DNA of 64,000 bases, filler included, from Globobulimina sp. (taxonomy: Eukaryota), in assembly GCA_003354225.1 (NCBI GenBank). It is 11 parts of 11 records of this genome, joined end to end, with 100 filler letters (N's around TTAATTAATTAA, not from the genome) between each part and the next. Parts side by side here need not be neighbours in the genome. Positions count along the whole stretch, not along the records: positions 58,647 to 64,000 come from PIVH01000616.1; 10 more parts are not named here. The stretch is one strand, 5' to 3'. Both the position numbers and the translations under genes were made by a program. Each line of letters starts with the position of its first letter. Positions within the stretch are counted from its first letter, which is position 1. Below the pieces are notes generated by a model. It ran no database searches and was not told the DNA's origin. It saw nothing but the letters and a program-made list of their open reading frames with translations. This document shows positions 59,008-64,000 of the stretch, in pieces.

Positions 59008-59403
59008 TATTAATTCAATTTAATTTAATTGTAAGTTTTATAATATTTAATTTGAATTAATATTGATGTTTAATTTGAAAACAGATTCTCGTTCTTGCGA
59101 TAAAATAATCAAATTAATGATAAAATGTCAGATAATAATGTGATCCATGAAATGTGTATAATTATATTGTGGAGCCTTCATCGATATTATTGAGCGAAAA
59201 TTGAGCGTAATTTCGAGCGTTTGTAAGAATTAAACAGAGTGAGCATGGTAATGAAGGGAAGTGAAATGTTTTATTTGATTAATTATAAACACATTTAATT
59301 TCATAGAATTAAAGGAGAGTTGCGTAAATGTATAAAATTATCAAATACAAACAAAATTACAGCGCACAAATATAATAATAAGAACTCATTTTATTTATTT
59401 TTT

Positions 59404-61902
59404 TCAGGCTTCAACAGTGGTAATTGCCTGACCGTGTTCATTGCCCATATTGGCTGTCAATGGCTTTTTATCCGTTTCATTCTCATTGGAATTCATTTCA
59501 ATATCTCCAATGGACGTAGTTGGCACAGTTTGTCTCCCTTCGTGCACAGCATCGGTATTCCAGAAATAAACAGCAACCAAGCCGCAACCCGTCGACATTC
59601 CATACCAAATCATTGTAGCAAACGCCCATTCCGGTAATCCGGCAATCACTTTCTGAACATAACCATTATACAACAATCGCTTCGCACCGTCTTCTCCGTA
59701 TCTCGCAATTAAGTCCGCATCCACTTCTCCAATCCAATGGAAACAGGTCACTGTGATACAAAGACCCATCAACCACACAAAAGCACCATAATACTTCGTC
59801 AATGGCTCATCGATCCCGGCCATAATATTCCGAATCTCGTCAATTGAGAGCACCACAGAATCCACAGACCGATATGTCAACGCCGACTGTAGCACGGCCT
59901 CATCATCATTATCATTATCATTTATCTCCTCCAGTTCTCTCGCAGTATTCACGAGATCGCCACCAACCAGTAATATCGCCACCAACCAGTAATCGCCACC
60001 AACCAGTAATATCAATTGAGCCACACCAACAATCATCAAATTTAACCCCACGCCGCACAGTGCGCACCAGGAAGCATCTAATTTTTCAAAAGCGGGGTTA
60101 AGTTCTATAAATGGGTCGCTTTCACTAAAAACCAAGCTAACCAGGATTATATCCAACAGAATGCCAAACACCAAACCTGACAATATCGACTTCCATGACA
60201 CATTCGTGTATAGTCCAAAAGCATACGCCGGGAAGGCCTGCCATAAAATGCCCTGTTGCACAGTCAACAGAACGCCATAAGAGACCGGCTCGCCGCTTCG
60301 GATCGAATCATTTTGTAAATCAATGGCAAGGCCAATAGCAATACAAATGGTGACCAACGAGATGACTTTTCCAATCCAAACCACATGGCTTGCTTTTAAG
60401 TTTGGCGTCAACCAATTTTCGAAAATGTCGCAAACGAACGTGTTGGAGACACCAATCAAAGCACTGTCTGCCGTCGACATAATGCCCGCGACGGCCGCCA
60501 ACATAGCAACGTATCCCAGGACCTCTCTGAAGCCGCCTTGCGACACAAATGTACCTAAACAACAAAACGTTTTTGTAACATTATATTTATTTTGTATAAA
60601 AAATATATTATTTACCTAATGTTGCTTGGAAAGCAGGGTACAAAGACAACGGCGCCGTCAGTCCATTATAATTTGCTAAATAGGAGATTCCAATGAATAT
60701 GCCGGGCAATGTGCATATATATGGCGTGATTGTCATGGCGCAAATCACAAACCGCACTTGCCAGTCATGCTTGGCCGCCATCGCTCTTTGCAAAACGTGT
60801 GGATTCAATGCGAAACTCAACAAACTGACACTGAACAACAGATAGTTGATTATAGTAAATCGCGCTGGAGATCGCAAATAAAATTCGTCCGCAATGTCAG
60901 CAACAACACCTTTCACCGCCGGCCCCTTCATATAATTTAGACAGCCATTTCGAATGAGAGTGCCGTTATTTGTAAAACTTTGGTCATTGGCACACGGCAA
61001 CTCATCGGCATTCACCGTCTGCCCAGCAAAGCCACCATGATACATAACAGCCAATACAATGGGGAAACATATAAATACTACAATCATCACAGAGGCCTGC
61101 ACCACGTCGGTATATGCCACCGTTCGTAGCCCGCCCAAAGCTTCTAATACTAAAATTAAAATGGCTGAGACAACCACGACTGCGTTAAATGGTAGCTCTC
61201 CATTGGTGAAAAACGACAATGTAGCGCCTGTTTTGTGGATATATGTAAAGGTATACTGTGTACTGTATATATTGTAGTTACATACCAAGAGCATGCAGTT
61301 GCACTGTGATATATAATATTTGCGGTACACAGAGACATAAAGTGCATATTATCCGCACTATTTTCGATCTGTATCTATCAAATACAAAATCGCCAGGCGA
61401 GGTATATTCCCTTACCATGGAGATACGGCGTAGTCTGGGAAAGATTATTAAAAAACCGAGCGATACGAAAGCTGTGCCAGCAATCCAACGAATTGCAGTG
61501 AAGCCGTTGAATCCGGCTTCGTTTGGTACGCCGACTACTGTATAGCCACTGAATACGGAGGCAAATGTTGTTAATAATAGTACAATGGCACCAAAACTCC
61601 TGTGGAAATCACAAATTCTCAGTCAAAAGTACGAAGAAAATCCGACCAAAACAAAACCAAAACCGAACAAAAAATGAATTCTATTTTTTGTTTGCATGAT
61701 ATCTTCGTTTTTGTTCGTTTGGTTAGTGTTTGGACGGTAGATAATTATATGTTAACTTGGAAGCTAGGAAATGAGTTTTGACCATATTTGATTTAGATTC
61801 TGTGACAGCTTTGGCATTCTGGCGATTTGCAACAATTGTCACGATTATCATAGCTAACACATAAAATGCTAACATGACGTATGTTGGAGTGTTCTCTGTC
61901 AT
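59404..61902 (-). CDS. Sodium:solute symporter family transporter, multi-exon
   Basis: HFLAS|..FGAIVLLLTTFASVFSGYTVVGVP, SPGDFVFDRY, LGGLRTVAYTDVVQ, PHVLQRAMAAK, AAVAGIMSTADSAL. Confidence 0.92.
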
Positions 61903-62503
61903 TGTTGTTGAGTTGAACAAAATTTTTTTTTTTCAATCTGGAGTGCCTTTTTTTTCCCACAAGCAATAATTGTTCCAACTCAGCAACAAAAACGCAGATC
62001 TAGATAAAAAGCAAACTATTAGAATCATCTCAGTTCGATTTATACAGTGATTAAATTTGCAGACCATCGTCCGAGTCGAGCCATCATCATAGCATCATAC
62101 CATTCAATTAAACCATGTATGGAATGAACATTGGCTATTTAAATGCAATTCGCTCGAAAAATAACATTCAATCACTGTCAGAGATACCAATCTATAAAAA
62201 CCCCAATGTATTTAATATGACATTTAAAACCAAAAAATGGACCGAGATACATCAAGTCGCCATACATTGTGTTCATTGCATCCAACAAGTTTAGTGACTG
62301 CCTCTCCTTTCCTACCAACACTAGCAACGTTGTTGATTGTTTTTAAAACTAATATACTAAAATGCGCATTTGTTGTTTGTTGTGAATGTTATCCATAAAA
62401 AACTGTTTCTACGCTATAACATTTTTAGGCAACGTTTGTCAATGAATTTATTGTAAAAACACAGGCAGAGTTCGGCACAAAACAAACGAAAATATATCAC
62501 TCA

Positions 62504-63343
62504 ATGCATGATTTGGAAGAACATTTCCTTAATAAACATTATTTGGATTACCAATATAAATGCATCTATGATGGCTGTTATTGTGTATGTCTGTCATTTG
62601 AGCAATTAATTGAACACATAACCATTCATTACAGCTCTTATAAACCGTTTTATTGCTTCTGTAACGACGACAAAATATGTTGTTATAAAGCAGCCAAACA
62701 AACGGATTTAATGCGACATATCGAAAGTTTCCATTTCATTAAAGTTATAACTGACAGATCGGAACAATGTGAACCGTCTGAACCATTGCCATCTGAAATA
62801 AGCCAAGAGAAACGAATCCGAGTTGGAAATAATAATGAATATACAAAACAAAATGGAGCTCAGCTGAATCGAATTAATATTAGCAACGGGATTGGATTAA
62901 AAATGCTGGAATGCAAAGAAAGCGCAAACAAACAAAGAAAACAACAAAAAGACCTGACACAAAAACTGATGAATGAGAGTATGAATCAATATCGAATGAC
63001 CCAACAATTAATAAATGAGAAGATTGCATCTGATACGCATTCCAATGCATGTCATCGGAATCAATCCACACAACAAAAACGCTATAAATTGTTACAAAAA
63101 TTAGCAAATATACACAGTGATCACGAGAATATGTTTGGATACAAACCCAAAAAACACCGCAAAAATACAAATGGAATTAATATACAAAAAACACGCACTG
63201 TCTATGCAGATATAATGCAATGTAAAGTGAATGGGATGAAAATAAAACAAGTAAATGGATCATTAAAAGCGATAAAAGTATTAAATAATAAGCATAATAA
63301 AGAGAATGTAGAGTCGCAAAATGATAGATTCAAATCCATTTAG
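62504..63343 (+). CDS. C2H2 zinc-finger protein
   Basis: YKCIYDGC...LIEHITIHYSSYKPFYC...DLMRHIESFH. Zinc-finger-like sequence may extend upstream. Confidence 0.65.
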   Translation: MHDLEEHFLNKHYLDYQYKCIYDGCYCVCLSFEQLIEHITIHYSSYKPFYCFCNDDKICCYKAAKQTDLMRHIESFHFIKVITDRSEQCEPSEPLPSEISQEKRIRVGNNNEYTKQNGAQLNRINISNGIGLKMLECKESANKQRKQQKDLTQKLMNESMNQYRMTQQLINEKIASDTHSNACHRNQSTQQKRYKLLQKLANIHSDHENMFGYKPKKHRKNTNGINIQKTRTVYADIMQCKVNGMKIKQVNGSLKAIKVLNNKHNKENVESQNDRFKSI

Positions 63344-63403
63344 TCGCGATCGTCATTAGCAACCACACCGACAATAAATGGCTCATTATCTCCGAGACAT
63401 CAC

Positions 63404-63808
63404 ATGCAACCAAATATATTTGCAAATATATATAAATATCCATATCCTGCATTTGCTAATAAAGTGTCACCGAAACCGAAGAATACAAATATGGCAGAAA
63501 TTGTTGATGTCGATCGAGAAATTCCTGAACTGATTGATATCGAAAATGATGCAAATGCAAAACAACATGCAAACCAAAAAAATAATTCAAAAACGCAGCA
63601 ACATAAAAATAATAACAACCGGAATAGAAACAGAAATGGTTTGCCATTTTCTCGGCCATCTGGAATTCCCAAATTGTTGCCAGATACATCGCAATTTAAG
63701 GATGTTAAACCTGAATTCATTAAGAATATTGGTCTGGGTCCAAAGTACCAGGCATTCTCTCCAAGTTTGATATTTGTTTTTAGTGTTTTTGCTGCCATGT
63801 TACGCTAA
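63404..63808 (+). CDS. Hypothetical protein, possibly tail-anchored or an exon fragment
   Basis: 134-codon ORF with N-rich tract and hydrophobic C-terminus. Confidence 0.35.
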   Translation: MQPNIFANIYKYPYPAFANKVSPKPKNTNMAEIVDVDREIPELIDIENDANAKQHANQKNNSKTQQHKNNNNRNRNRNGLPFSRPSGIPKLLPDTSQFKDVKPEFIKNIGLGPKYQAFSPSLIFVFSVFAAMLR

Positions 63809-64000
63809 AAAAAAACTGTTTTTCTTTTTTTGAGCATGGCAACTGTAAAGCATATGAGTGTGACAGAGTGTTAGTAAACAAACAATACATAGATAACCCG
63901 CATAGCATTATATTTCCATATTTTATGTCTCGGCCAATGATACCAATGCAAGCCACCGCATTAATTGCAGAAAGTGCCTGTTATGACGACTGTGTGCCGC

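Overview
This window is AT-rich eukaryotic nuclear DNA using the standard code, with short GT-AG introns of about 40-120 nt. It is not one locus. Ten artificial 100-bp spacers (N-run, TTAATTAATTAA, N-run) join 11 contigs whose lengths fall monotonically (>=5783, 5779, 5779, 5776, 5769, 5761, 5754, 5750, 5749, 5746 bp), so neighbourhoods across spacers carry no meaning. Gene content suggests a protist, most plausibly a foraminiferan or other rhizarian (inference only). Recognisable genes: POLD3, FUT8-like fucosyltransferase, ABCC transporter, PYROXD2, sulfotransferases, F-box proteins, an NBR1-type FW protein, C2H2 zinc-finger proteins, TAF1, a Cdc25/Acr2-like phosphatase, an SLC38-like transporter, a GPCR, importin-alpha, a kinesin, a TM-RGS protein, a Ras/Rap GTPase and a sodium:solute symporter. 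Highlights: (1) a near-complete Ngaro-like tyrosine-recombinase retrotransposon with non-overlapping ORFs, an AUG-less RT N-terminus, a probable intron or stop in gag, and HVDD/YSFR catalytic-motif variants; (2) a putative C2-C2 / RelA-SpoT-like nucleotidyltransferase / SAM-SAM signalling gene whose linker is damaged; (3) an FW-domain protein carrying both PAM2-like and LIR-like motifs; (4) a 142-bp TAF1 copy whose substitutions are all synonymous; (5) several foldback elements and short tandem duplications. All calls come from reading motifs by eye; no database search was run.
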